Of a stretch of 64,000 nucleotides of DNA, positions 37,920-49,000 are shown one piece after another. A program made the position numbers and the translations under genes. Under the pieces are notes generated by a model that did not search any database, had not been told where the DNA came from, and saw nothing but the letters and a program-made list of their open reading frames with translations. The number at the start of each line of letters is the position of its first letter. Position 1 is the stretch's first letter. The DNA is taken from positions 12,069-76,068 of the IMG/VR virus record IMGVR_UViG_3300038425_000083; one strand, written 5' to 3'. Source of the DNA: a virus.

Positions 37920-39732
37920 ATCAAGCGAAAGTGCACGTAGGGCATGGGAAACAAGAAGATATGGAGGTTCTCATACAACCCTATCGACCGAACGCTCTGA
38001 ATATTACAAAGAAAGAGAAAAGCTTGACAAAGAGGTTTTTCTTAATGAGCTTCCAAAGTTTAGGGAAGAACTTAACATAAAAAAGTTTTATACAAAATTT
38101 CCTAAAGTGTCTTCTCAGATCGAAGAGAAGTTTCGAACTATTACTGAAAGTTACAGAAGCGGTGGTTTAGATGACTTGGGTGCTAAACCAGAAGAAGTAA
38201 GAGAGAAGATGCAAGTTGTTAAAGATGAAATAAAATCGTGGGGCGACAAACTTCAATTTAATGGAAGAGGTAGACTGTCTATTAAAGTCGGCACCATACC
38301 AAAAAGAGGAAGACATAAAACCTATGGTATGTACTACCCTGGGATTCAAGTTTTAGAAGTGGATCAAAGATACAAAAATTCTATAGCTCATGAGTATGCT
38401 CATTTTATTTTTGATGACAATGGATGGGAAGATAGCTACAAAGATAGTTTAGTTCATGGGAATTTCGATGAGGCTTATGAATTTGGGTTTACGAATTTTT
38501 TAGAGAAATTTTCTCAAGATATGGAATTTGTTCCCTCTGACATAAGTTCTGCAGGCACAGCTGCTACAATTAAAAATCAAGGGAAAGCACTTATAGAACT
38601 TTTCGCTCAGCTAAAAGATTTTTATAAACTTCCAGATGTTATGGAAAAATTTAAGAAAAGTCAAGACCCTCCTATCATTTGGGCGTCTACTGAGGCTTTA
38701 TCGGATAAGCAAAAGCTTACTCGAGAACGGATTGAACGGACGTTCGCCAGAGGAGTTTATAAAAGAGTTCAGAATCGTATGAAGTATCTATTTCGTCCAA
38801 CCGAAATATTTGCAAGAGCTGTTGGGTCATATGTATCAGAGGATTTTATTTCTAACCCGGTTGAAAAAGATGATAGATACAAGGCAATTGTAAAAGCCTG
38901 GGGTGATAAGTATCTGAAGACTGGTATTGTGAAGAGTTATGTGATTCTTGAAAAAGCCCAGATACAGATTAAGCCTTCTTTTAGGCATACGGCTTCTGGT
39001 AAGATAGTTCCTGTCAAAGGATTTACAGTTGAAAGGGAAACTTTTGAGCATGCCGTTCTTGCCGATGAATTTTTCAAATCACTTAAGGAGATTGAAGGAT
39101 CAGATTGGCAATTTGAACCCGGCGAAGTTTTTGATATGGGTGATAAAATAAATGTTGAAGTTAGATTGTGGGACCGAAGTAAGAATATCACAGAACTTGA
39201 ACCTTATAGAGCAAAGGGAACTTCTTTAACACGCTATAAAAAGATGTCTGGATACATTGGTCGTTTTGAATTGAATTTTCTTAAGAATGGGAAAGATGTG
39301 TATCTATCATCTTTATTTTTAAAAGACGAGTGGCAAGGTAAAGGTGTTGGCAATGATTTAATGAAGCGAGCTATAGACTTTGGAATTTCTAAAGGCTTCA
39401 AAAGTTTTGAACTCTTTGCAAATGGGGATGTCGGAACTTATGCGTGGGCTATCCAAGGATGGGATTTTGTTAAGAAAACAGAGAAACAAGATTTGCTTGG
39501 AGACTTTTGTAAATGGCTAAAGAAAAAATATAATGTAGAGAAAAATCCTCTGGATTTTCCTCATGCTTGGAATATAGCAGCGTTTAGAATAGGAGATGAG
39601 AAAGTCGGAAAAAAATTTATGACTGGAGATGGTCATAATGATTTCTGGGAAGGCGCTCTTAACGTTGGTAGCAAAGGCTACAAATTGTTTAAGGAATATC
39701 ATAGATTAAGGTTACTAAGGAAAATGAGTTAG
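37900..39732 (+). CDS. two-unit tagged polyprotein: zincin (LPD1/MPTase-like) and GNAT acetyltransferase
   Basis: LVILK|SSESARRAWETRRYGGSH; AHEYAH..PTEIFARA..WGDKYLKTGIVK|SYVILEK|A; QGKGVG acetyl-CoA motif. Confidence 0.85.
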   Translation: MRLVILKSSESARRAWETRRYGGSHTTLSTERSEYYKEREKLDKEVFLNELPKFREELNIKKFYTKFPKVSSQIEEKFRTITESYRSGGLDDLGAKPEEVREKMQVVKDEIKSWGDKLQFNGRGRLSIKVGTIPKRGRHKTYGMYYPGIQVLEVDQRYKNSIAHEYAHFIFDDNGWEDSYKDSLVHGNFDEAYEFGFTNFLEKFSQDMEFVPSDISSAGTAATIKNQGKALIELFAQLKDFYKLPDVMEKFKKSQDPPIIWASTEALSDKQKLTRERIERTFARGVYKRVQNRMKYLFRPTEIFARAVGSYVSEDFISNPVEKDDRYKAIVKAWGDKYLKTGIVKSYVILEKAQIQIKPSFRHTASGKIVPVKGFTVERETFEHAVLADEFFKSLKEIEGSDWQFEPGEVFDMGDKINVEVRLWDRSKNITELEPYRAKGTSLTRYKKMSGYIGRFELNFLKNGKDVYLSSLFLKDEWQGKGVGNDLMKRAIDFGISKGFKSFELFANGDVGTYAWAIQGWDFVKKTEKQDLLGDFCKWLKKKYNVEKNPLDFPHAWNIAAFRIGDEKVGKKFMTGDGHNDFWEGALNVGSKGYKLFKEYHRLRLLRKMS

Positions 39733-39740
39733 GAGATAAA

Positions 39741-40754
39741 ATGAAAGTTCTGTTTATTTGCAAAGTAAGAGAATATTCTGAAGACTACTCGGATTGGGGT
39801 TATTCTGATTGGGCATCTGGATTGCTTATTTCTGCAAAGCTTCTTTCAGATATGCTTAACAAAATAGGAATTTCTTCCAAGGTAGTTCGAGTTGTTGATA
39901 ATAATGATATAGATAGGGAAGTTCATAAATACAGACCTAATTATGTTATCATTGAAGCTCTATGGGTTGTTCCGGAAAAGTTTCATATCTTGAGACGGCT
40001 TCACCCACATGTAAAATGGGTAGTTAGAATCCATAGCGAGATTCCCTTTTTAGCAAACGAAGGAATAGCTATGAAGTGGCTTTATGGATACAGAGATTTG
40101 GGTTTTGTTCACATAGGTGTGAACAGTAAAAGAATAGGAGAAGCTCTTAAAGGTTTAGGATTTGATGTTCTGATGCTTCCTAACTATTACCCAGTTGATC
40201 CGAGAAGAGCAAGGCTTTCAAGAAGAGGGTCAGAGTTGAGAGTGGGATGCTTCGGAGCAATTCGACCTCTTAAAAATCAGCTTATGCAGGCTATAGCTGC
40301 GATTAGATGTGCAGAAGAGTTGAAATTACATCTTGAATTTCATATTAACCACAATAGAGTAGAGAACAGAGGAATAGAAGTTCTTAAAAACATAAGAGAT
40401 TTATTTGCCAATAATATTAACTGCGAATTGGTGGAGCATTCTTGGATGAGTCACCATAAATTTATTGAGCTACTTAAAACAATGGACATTGGAATGAATG
40501 TGAGTTTAAGTGAGACATATAGCGTTATTACCGCAGACATGGTTTCTCATAATGTACCTATAGTCGTATCACATGAAGTAGCATGGGCACATACTTTAAG
40601 CAAGGCAAATCCAAACGATTTAGATGATATAGTAAAAAAGATGAAAATAGCTTTTCATAATGAAGAACTTATTTACGACAATAAATCATTGCTTAGATTG
40701 AACGGAAGATTATCTAAACAAGAATGGAAGAGATTTTTGTTACAAAAAATTTAA
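39741..40754 (+). CDS. GT-B (GT4-like) glycosyltransferase
   Basis: GCFGAIRPLKN, MDIGMNVSLSETY..ADMV..VPIV. Confidence 0.75.
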   Translation: MKVLFICKVREYSEDYSDWGYSDWASGLLISAKLLSDMLNKIGISSKVVRVVDNNDIDREVHKYRPNYVIIEALWVVPEKFHILRRLHPHVKWVVRIHSEIPFLANEGIAMKWLYGYRDLGFVHIGVNSKRIGEALKGLGFDVLMLPNYYPVDPRRARLSRRGSELRVGCFGAIRPLKNQLMQAIAAIRCAEELKLHLEFHINHNRVENRGIEVLKNIRDLFANNINCELVEHSWMSHHKFIELLKTMDIGMNVSLSETYSVITADMVSHNVPIVVSHEVAWAHTLSKANPNDLDDIVKKMKIAFHNEELIYDNKSLLRLNGRLSKQEWKRFLLQKI

Positions 40755-40765
40755 GGAGGAATGTT

Positions 40766-41587
40766 ATGAGTATATTTGAGACGATTAAAGAAGATGTTGT
40801 TGGATTATTTGAAAAGAAAGTCCCAAAGAAATTTGGAGGATACGGTTGGATTAAAGATGCTTCCGATCCGAGAGACTTCAAGTTTGTATCTCCTATAAAG
40901 ACTCTCCCAAAATCTGTTAACATGAGACCTTATATGCCGCCGATTTTGGATCAGGGAAACTTAGGAAGTTGCACAGCTAATGCAATAGCAAATGATTTTT
41001 ATGCCGAGATGTTGAGACAGCTTTCGTTAAAGACTATCAACCACGCCTGGCTTCCGTCAAGACTTCTCATTTATTTCAATGAGAGAACTTTAGAAGGAAC
41101 CGTTAAACAAGACTCCGGAGCCAGCGTACGTGATGGATTTAAAACTATCAACACGCTGGGTGTTTGCCCGGAAACAGAGTGGCCTTATATTATTAGCAAC
41201 TTTGCTGTAAAACCTCCGGCAAAGTGTTACATAGATGCATTAAGAGATAAGACAGTTCAGTATTTGAGTATACCTCAGGTTCTCACTCAAATGAAGGGAT
41301 GCCTTGCTTCTGGATATCCATTTGTTTTTGGATTTAATGTCTATGAAAGTTTCGAGAGCGATGAAGTGGCCAAGACAGGTATTGTACCAATGCCAGTAAA
41401 GGGAGAAGCACTCTTAGGTGGGCACTGTGTTTTGGCTTGTGGCTATGATGATTATTATCAAAGGTTTATGGTTATGAACAGCTGGGGTTCAGGCTGGGGT
41501 ATTAAGGGATATTTTACAATCCCTTATGCTTACCTGACAAGTGCAAATTTGGCGTCAGATTTTTGGACAATACGATTGGTATCGTAA
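40766..41587 (+). CDS. papain-like C1A cysteine peptidase
   Basis: DQGNLGSCTANA, GGHCV, NSWGSGWG..GYF. Confidence 0.92.
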   Translation: MSIFETIKEDVVGLFEKKVPKKFGGYGWIKDASDPRDFKFVSPIKTLPKSVNMRPYMPPILDQGNLGSCTANAIANDFYAEMLRQLSLKTINHAWLPSRLLIYFNERTLEGTVKQDSGASVRDGFKTINTLGVCPETEWPYIISNFAVKPPAKCYIDALRDKTVQYLSIPQVLTQMKGCLASGYPFVFGFNVYESFESDEVAKTGIVPMPVKGEALLGGHCVLACGYDDYYQRFMVMNSWGSGWGIKGYFTIPYAYLTSANLASDFWTIRLVS

Positions 41588-41716
41588 GAGGTTTATGGAA
41601 CTTATTACATGTCCTATTTGTGGTAATCAGGTAATGTGGATAATTTGGGATGACTATGAAAATAGGATTCCTGCTATGTGCATTGACTGTTATGAACTTG
41701 AAAGGATGATCAATCT

Positions 41717-41881
41717 ATGAAAAAGGACAATCATAAATTTGTTATTCTAAAGAAGAGCGTATCGTGCCCCATTTGTGGTAAAGCTAACGCTATACAGATG
41801 GGAACCCGGTATAAAAGGGATAATCTTTGGGCCAGAAGATTCCGTTGCTCTAAGGGTCACGTCTTTGAAGAAATTCAATAG
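41717..41881 (+). CDS. small tagged Zn-ribbon protein (FVILKK|S), not in ORF track
   Basis: MKKDNHKFVILKKSVSCPICG..RFRCSKGH; AAGGA RBS. Confidence 0.6.
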   Translation: MKKDNHKFVILKKSVSCPICGKANAIQMGTRYKRDNLWARRFRCSKGHVFEEIQ

Positions 41882-41890
41882 GAGATTCCT

Positions 41891-42076
41891 ATGAAGATCA
41901 AAAGATGTTTGAGATGCGGGAGATCTGTTCTTTTACCGAAGGAATTTTTTACTTGCAAAGAATGTCGGAAAGAAAACAATGAAGTGTTAGACTTGGCTGC
42001 GAGATATGTTTCACATCACATGGAAGTTATTCGTGAGTTAAGAAAGAGAGGAGCGTGGGAAGGAGCATGGACATAG
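41891..42076 (+). CDS. Zn-ribbon protein
   Basis: CLRCG..CKEC; AGGAG RBS. Confidence 0.55.
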   Translation: MKIKRCLRCGRSVLLPKEFFTCKECRKENNEVLDLAARYVSHHMEVIRELRKRGAWEGAWT

Positions 42077-42323
42077 AAATTGGAAAACCAAAACCTGAGA
42101 AACCTTGGAAGTGGGCAGAAACAGAAGAAGGAATCCGAATTCCAATTCCTTCGAGTAAGCAGATAAAACCTTCAAAATACAGACCGGATAGAGGGAAGAG
42201 GATTCTTAATAGGCACGATCCTCACTGCTTTATTGAAAAGTCTAAGATGGATAACAATCCCTGCAACAACTTGCCCAAATGCAAGAGTTGTATGTGGAGA
42301 TTTAATTGTAAGAAGGAGTAGAT

Positions 42324-42674
42324 ATGAAAAAAAGAATTTTGAGAATGTTAATTATTGGTCTTATTGCAACCCTTGTTATATGTGTATGGCAAATTACAGC
42401 TCAGCAAACAGGGCCACAAGCGGGAGCACAAACACGAGTAATCTTTCTGTGTGGGCAAACAAGTCAACAAGTTATGTCTCAGATGGTTCCAATGATTCCG
42501 AAGATTACAAAAGATACTTATGGGTTTATCTACTTGAGCTATAACTTTGATGGGGTGATTTTTATCTTTCAATTTTACAATGATAAATTGGCAGGCATAC
42601 TGATTGGTGCCCCGGCCGTACCTCTTGAGCAGGAGAATAAAGCCCCGCAGGAGAAAAGATACAGGGGGAAATAA
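42324..42674 (+). CDS. exported or membrane-anchored protein
   Basis: signal-like N-terminus; AAGGAG RBS. Confidence 0.6.
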   Translation: MKKRILRMLIIGLIATLVICVWQITAQQTGPQAGAQTRVIFLCGQTSQQVMSQMVPMIPKITKDTYGFIYLSYNFDGVIFIFQFYNDKLAGILIGAPAVPLEQENKAPQEKRYRGK

Positions 42675-42676
42675 CG

Positions 42677-43015
42677 ATGAAAAAGAAACCAAAAAGTTTT
42701 TTAACCTTTGAAAGTTTTAGGGATAAGATAACTGTTATTTCAAGCATCTTGCTTATATTTGGTATGCTATTTGCAGCATGGATGTTTCTCGATAATAGAT
42801 ATGCCCAAAAGAAAGTTGAACAGAAACTGGATTATGTAAAATATAGCCTGCAGTTTCAAATGAACAACGATAAGATTTCGACATTGATGTCTTTGTACCC
42901 AAAAATAGAAACTGCTGATCCAGTCGTAAAGCAGCAACTTCAAACTTATATGGATACAAAGTTAGAACTCGTCCGTAAGATGGAAGTTTTAGAAAAGTTG
43001 GGGATAGGTCTATAA
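42677..43015 (+). CDS. single-TM coiled-coil protein
   Basis: TM segment then LDNRYA and coiled coil; TAATG-coupled to MuF. Confidence 0.6.
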   Translation: MKKKPKSFLTFESFRDKITVISSILLIFGMLFAAWMFLDNRYAQKKVEQKLDYVKYSLQFQMNNDKISTLMSLYPKIETADPVVKQQLQTYMDTKLELVRKMEVLEKLGIGL

Positions 43016-46000
43016 TGCCAAGGGTAAGGTTTGAACCTTTAAAGATAACAACTCTCTACGAAGAGAAAGTTGCTCAAAGCGTTAAGGATCGCTATAAGAG
43101 TCACATTAATAGAGAATCCCTTCGTCTCGTAAGTAACATCACGGATGACATGAGGGATAGGATTGCTGGATTAATGCACGAGGGTATTGACGAAGGTAGG
43201 TCAGTTAGTGCAACTGCCAGCACACTTCTTAAGACTGGTCTGGACAAAGGAGTTTTTAGATCGGCAAGACGAAGAGCCTATCTCATATCAAGAACTGAAT
43301 TACATAGAGCAAGACAACAAGGAGCTTTTGATCTTTATAGAGCAAATCATATTGATCTTGTTAAGTGGATTGCCATAGGAGATGAAAGAACATGCGATAC
43401 GTGTGCACCCCGAAACAACCATGTTTATAGGCTTAGCGAGATAGAGGGAGACTTACCGCCTATTCATCCAAGATGTAGGTGTAGAGTTGTGCCTTCAGAT
43501 TTTCAACTCGAGATAAGTGTTAGACGTGATCGAAGAGGAAAGATAATGGAAACAAGAATTTCTCCAACTCCTCAGAACTACAAATACTATGTGAGTCTTG
43601 ACAGGAAGCCAAGAAGACGAGTTAAGAAGTCACTCGAGAAGGCTGTTTCAGTCAGAGCATTTACAAGGTACGTTCCAGGCAGAGGGTTTCAAAGATATAA
43701 ACAGTTTCAAAGGGATGTAGCTGTTATTGATAAACCTGTTCCAAGGGATTTTTCATATGAGATAGCTAACTCTGGGGAAGATGTAGCAAATAAGATTGAG
43801 GAACGAAGAGAAGGAAAAGTTCGAGCTACTTATGCCGTTAATGCGGTTAGGGCTTGGAACATGGAAGCAAAAAATAAGTATCCTAACACTAATTATCTCG
43901 GTGACGTTGGCGTTAGAGAATGCTTACAAAATAGTTTGGATGCGGTCACAGAATCTTTAGAAAAAGGAGAGATAAAGAGGGGCAAGATCGAAATAGAACT
44001 TACTCCTCATAAAGAAAAGTACTCTGTCAAAGATAATGGAATAGGAATGTCCGATACAGACATTCGTGACAAGTTCCTTGCTCTTTACGGAACAGGGAAA
44101 GATATCAAAGGTAGATTCGGAGGATTTGGAATCGCTAAGGCTGTTATCTTGGCTCCTTCTGAAAGTTCACATTGGCAACTCAAAACAAGAGATAATTTCT
44201 TTGATGACAAGATGGCCTCTGCAAATGATCAGATTAAAGCCATTCCAAAAATTCAAGGAACACAAATTGATGTTTGGGCAGGGGAGGATATTGTTAGCGA
44301 AGATGCCAAGAAATATGTGGAGACGACTGAAGTTCCTAAAAATATAGGTATAAGATTTAAGTGGGCACTTGATGATTGGGAAACTTTAAAGAATCCTTTT
44401 CTGAAATTAAAGAGTGAAGTAAGTCATACTACGGCAAAGGGTTCTGAAATAACAATGTCTTTCTTTCCAAGACCGCCATCGGAATACAGAAATCATATGA
44501 TTTTGAGACTTGTTGACAAAAAGACCGGGGCTAAATTAACTCAGGCCATAAACCCTATATTTGGAGATTTTAAAGGGGCTTTAGTTGTTGATATAGAAAC
44601 AAGTGCAACCCCGGGCTCCGGTGGATATCCTCTTACCGATTCGAGAATGGGATTGAAGTGGGGAGAAGTTCAAGATTTTGTTAACACAGAAATAAGTCAA
44701 AGAACAAGAGAAAAGAAATCAGCTGAGCGAGTTGGTCAACAAGAGAAGTGGCTGGACTTACCGGAAGTTCCTGGCTGGAAAGATACTCTCGAGAGAATTA
44801 AAACAGATACAGGTTATGCATATCTTAAAGACACAATAGATAAAATTTGGCAAAAAGATTTTGTGTCGCAACATTTAAAAGGTATAGTATCAACAGATAT
44901 AGGAGAACAACCTTTTACCTCTCTTGAAAATATAAAGATACTTAGGGATGTTGGCTTTAAAGGTTCGGATGGCGGGACTGTTGCTCAAGCAAAGTTGATG
45001 CTGGCATTTGAGTCTTTAGCTCAGATGTATTCACAAACTTTGCAAAAAGCTGGTATGCATTGTCCGTTGTTTGGATTTCATGCTCTGTTGTCTAAAGCTA
45101 CATCGACCGGAGTGAGACTTGCACATTTTAGCAGACAAGAACATACTTTAGGTTTGGATATTAAATCTTTTCCTAAGAGTGCTTTCGCAAGTCCGGTTAG
45201 TCTTGCCTTAGAAATGGTCAACACTATTCAGCATGAGTTCACTCATAATTGGAGGAGGGAACACGACGAAGGTTTCACTTCTCAACTTGGGCAAATACAA
45301 ACGGTAACAGCGCCCTTATTTAATAGGGCTTTAGAGGTTGCAGGAGCGCTTCTCGGCAAGGATACCAGAATAACTATAGATACACCGCAAGGAATAGAAA
45401 AAATCAAGAGAAGCCATATTTGGACAATAGGAGAAAAACCAAAACAGCCTGAATGGAGAGCAGAACTTTTTCAGTTGTACAAGGAGATAGGGGGAAAGTC
45501 AGGAGCGACTGCAGTTTACAAGATTGCTGAAAAATATAACATTCCAGAGAAACGTGTAAGAATGGTTCTTGCCGGATACAAAGCGGCACAAAGCCGAAAG
45601 GAGAAGAAAGATGTCACTAAATCCATTACAGAAAGCAGCGTTGGATTCCGAGGCCCCGAGAGAACAAGTCATCCAAGGTTTGTTATCCAACTTGATAAAC
45701 GATTGCCTGATGAAAGCAGGGATCGATCCCAATGGGCCGATAGCAGGATCGATGCGGAAGCTGGGACAGGACGTTTGGGACTTGAGGGACGCTCTGGAAG
45801 AAGAGGGTTATTGGTAATAGAGAAAGCCAGATCTCACAAGTATCTCAGAAAAATACCGAGAGGATCGGGAAGATATGAATATATCTATCAGAGACCAGAT
45901 GTAGGTTTTCACGGAACCACTTCTAAGTTTTTAGAAACTATTCTTAAAGAAGGTTTAAGAAGTTCAAAAGATACCGGAGTTGCGTTGTATAGTGGAGAAT

Positions 46001-49000
46001 CACAATTTGGCCCAAAAGCTAAGAGATATGGAGTTTATTTCGCAAAAACTCCGGAAAGAGCTTTTGGTATTGCTGAAGTGGCAACAAAAAAATTTGGTGG
46101 GAAGCCTGTAATTTTTATTGCTAAAGTTGATCCTAAAAAAGCAGAATCGGATGAAGATTTTGCAGTTGTCTTGGGTGATCTCTTTCGTGATATTTCTCGA
46201 GACAAACCTCCTCTTTTAACGGGTAATGAAATTAGGCAGCGTCTCAAGGATTATAAATTAAGCTATGGGGAGACCTATTATATACCGCAAGATACGCAAT
46301 ATAGATTGAATACGTTATCTGACGGAAAATTGGAACGTCTGTACGATAATTGGCGGAAGGGAGGTTCTAAAGCGATAGATGAGGAGCTCACATCCAAAGA
46401 TAGTTGGAAAATATTTGGGAGTGCTGCATTTCCTGGTGATAAGCCAGAAGATATCAGAGCTGCTATTTTTTGGGATTGGGCTGAACATAAATATACAAGA
46501 ATAGGATCACCTTTTGAAAAGAAATTAGATAAAGCTTTAAGAAGGTTAAACTTAAGAGAAGTAACTAAACTTCCAGGGGCCCACGTTGTTGAAAATCCGG
46601 CCTTTATAAAAGCTTTAGAAGAGTTTGGATTCTTTGCGACATCTACCGGACTTTTGAAATCAGTTATGGGAGAAGATTTAAAGAAAGCCAGAAGCTATGT
46701 AAGATTCAGACATGGGAAGTATGAGCATGTTAAAGGATGGTCTGGAAAACCAAGATTATTTGATTTATCATCAGAGGACAAAATTCACCGTTATCTTCTT
46801 GACGCATCTTCCCCTGAAATAGAAAAAGCACTTCAAGTAGTTCAGGAAATACATGCTGTCGGTGGGCAAACTTTATTTATTGGAGGTTGCGTTAGAGATG
46901 CTTTGCTTGGCAAGAAGAGTAAAGATATCGATCTTGAAGTTTACAATGTGAAACCGGAAGAAGTTCGAGCAATTCTTGACCGAGCCGGAAAAGTAGATCA
47001 GGTAGGAAAGAGTTTTGGAGTTTTTAAACTCTCTTTTCCCGGAATGGAGGCTATTGATGTAGCCATTCCAAGAAGGGAAAGTAAAACTGGCAAAGGACAT
47101 AAAGGATTTATGGTAGATCATGATCCTTCAATGACTTTCAAGGAAGCTGCGGGACGTAGAGATTTAACTATCAATGCTTTGGCATACAATCCTATAGAGG
47201 ACAAGATAATTGATGAATATGGAGGCCTTCAGGACATTAAGGACAAGATATTAAGAGCTACAAACCCAGAAACCTTTGGAGAAGATTCATTAAGAGTATT
47301 GCGAGTTATGAGATTCGCTGCCCAGTTAGAATTCTCTCCGGATTTTAATCTTGCATGGCTTTGCAGGCAGATCGATCTGACCGATCTTCCAAAGGAGAGA
47401 ATTTTTGGGGAAGTTGCTGGAATGCTTCTTAAAGCAAAGAGACCAAGTATAGGATTAAGATTGATTCACATACTTGGAATTAATAAGATTCTCCCAGAGC
47501 TCGATGAACTTAAAGGAACAGAACAGGATGAGAAATGGCATCCTGAAGGGGATGTATGGGAGCACACATTATTGGCGGTAGACGAAGCCGCCAAGATGAA
47601 GAAGCAACTCGCAAATAATCAAGATAGACTGGTTTATATGCTTGGCGTCCTATGCCATGACATGGGAAAGCCAGAAACAACAGATGTTAATGAGGAGGGG
47701 AGAACAATCAGTCATGGGCATGACGAGATGGGAGCGAAGGTAGCTCAGGATTTTCTTGGAAGATTAACTGACGAGACAGATATTTTAGAAAGAGTTGAAG
47801 GTTTGGTAAGACATCACATGAGACCTACCTTCTTCTTTCATGACAAGGTTCCGGATTCAGCTATTAGAAGACTTGCAAAGAAAGTCGATATTCCAATGCT
47901 CCTTATGGTATCGGCTGCCGATAAATCCGGTAGAGGGGATAAAGACATTGATCTAAGTGCCGAGAGATGGATGATGAGAAAGTTCAAGAATCTAAAACTC
48001 GCACATCCTGAAACTCTCGAGCCGAAAGTCATGGGAAGACATCTCATTCCATTAGGCATTAAACCTGGCCCGGAGATGGGAAGAATTCTAGACAAGATTT
48101 ACAATGCTCAGCTGGAAGGTAAGTTTGAAACCACAGATGCTGGTTTGGAATATGCTAATCAGCAAGGATGGTTAAAGACAGAAGAAGATACTGTCATTAA
48201 AGCTGTTCCCGTTAAGAAACTTATAACAAGTAGAGGGAAAACTTTTCTCCATACTTACTATGAAAATAGAAGTGGCTTAGGCCCCGGATTTTTTGCAGGA
48301 GCCGAGCCTTTGGTTGTAAATAAAATGTCTTTCAAGCAAAGTGAGGATCAGAAAAGATGGGGAGAAGAAGTTGTTCTTGTTGATGTTTCTAAATTTGATG
48401 CTGAATGGAGTAAAGACGAAGGATTTTATATTTCTTCTTCTGGAAAGAATGAGATTAGCAATAGGAGAGAAAAATTCCAAGAGTTTCTCAAAACTGGAAA
48501 GCCTATTATAATGCCTTCGGTCTCTGTAAGAGATATCGGATCGAGGGGTCTTATAGGTTTTACAAATGGAAGACATAGATTTGCAGTTCTCAGAGATATG
48601 GGCTTTACAGAAATTCCTGTATCTGTGGATGCGAAATCTGCGAAGATGGCAAAGGAACTCTTTAAAGCCCCAAGTTTAAAGGAGAAACTGGAAGCGCAAA
48701 ATTACTGGTGGAAAACCGTTGCCGGAGGAATCGAAAGCAAGTATGAGGGGGTTAAAATAGTTTACGCAGGAAAGAAGACATCTGAAGGGTTTACCCATAC
48801 TTATGCAGATGAGCAGTTCCAAGATGCAATAGATATGATTCCGGAAGAGCATAGGAAGCTTATTGATTCAGTGATTCTTGAGCCTGGGAGTGTATTGGGT
48901 GAAGATGGCAAAGCTGAATTTGGTCGTGTTTTTGAAGGAACAAGTTCTATTCACATATACCGTGGGGTTCAACTTCATGAGTATGGAACCAGTTTTGAAG

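Noticed and set aside
13400-47460. Treating every hydrophobic-x-K|S/A as a cleavage site (e.g. FIGKSG in TopIB, LLKAK in CCA)
   Set aside because: These lie inside folded catalytic cores and the short motif is common in Lys-rich proteins; only sites with a leader or tag, or at domain boundaries, were counted.
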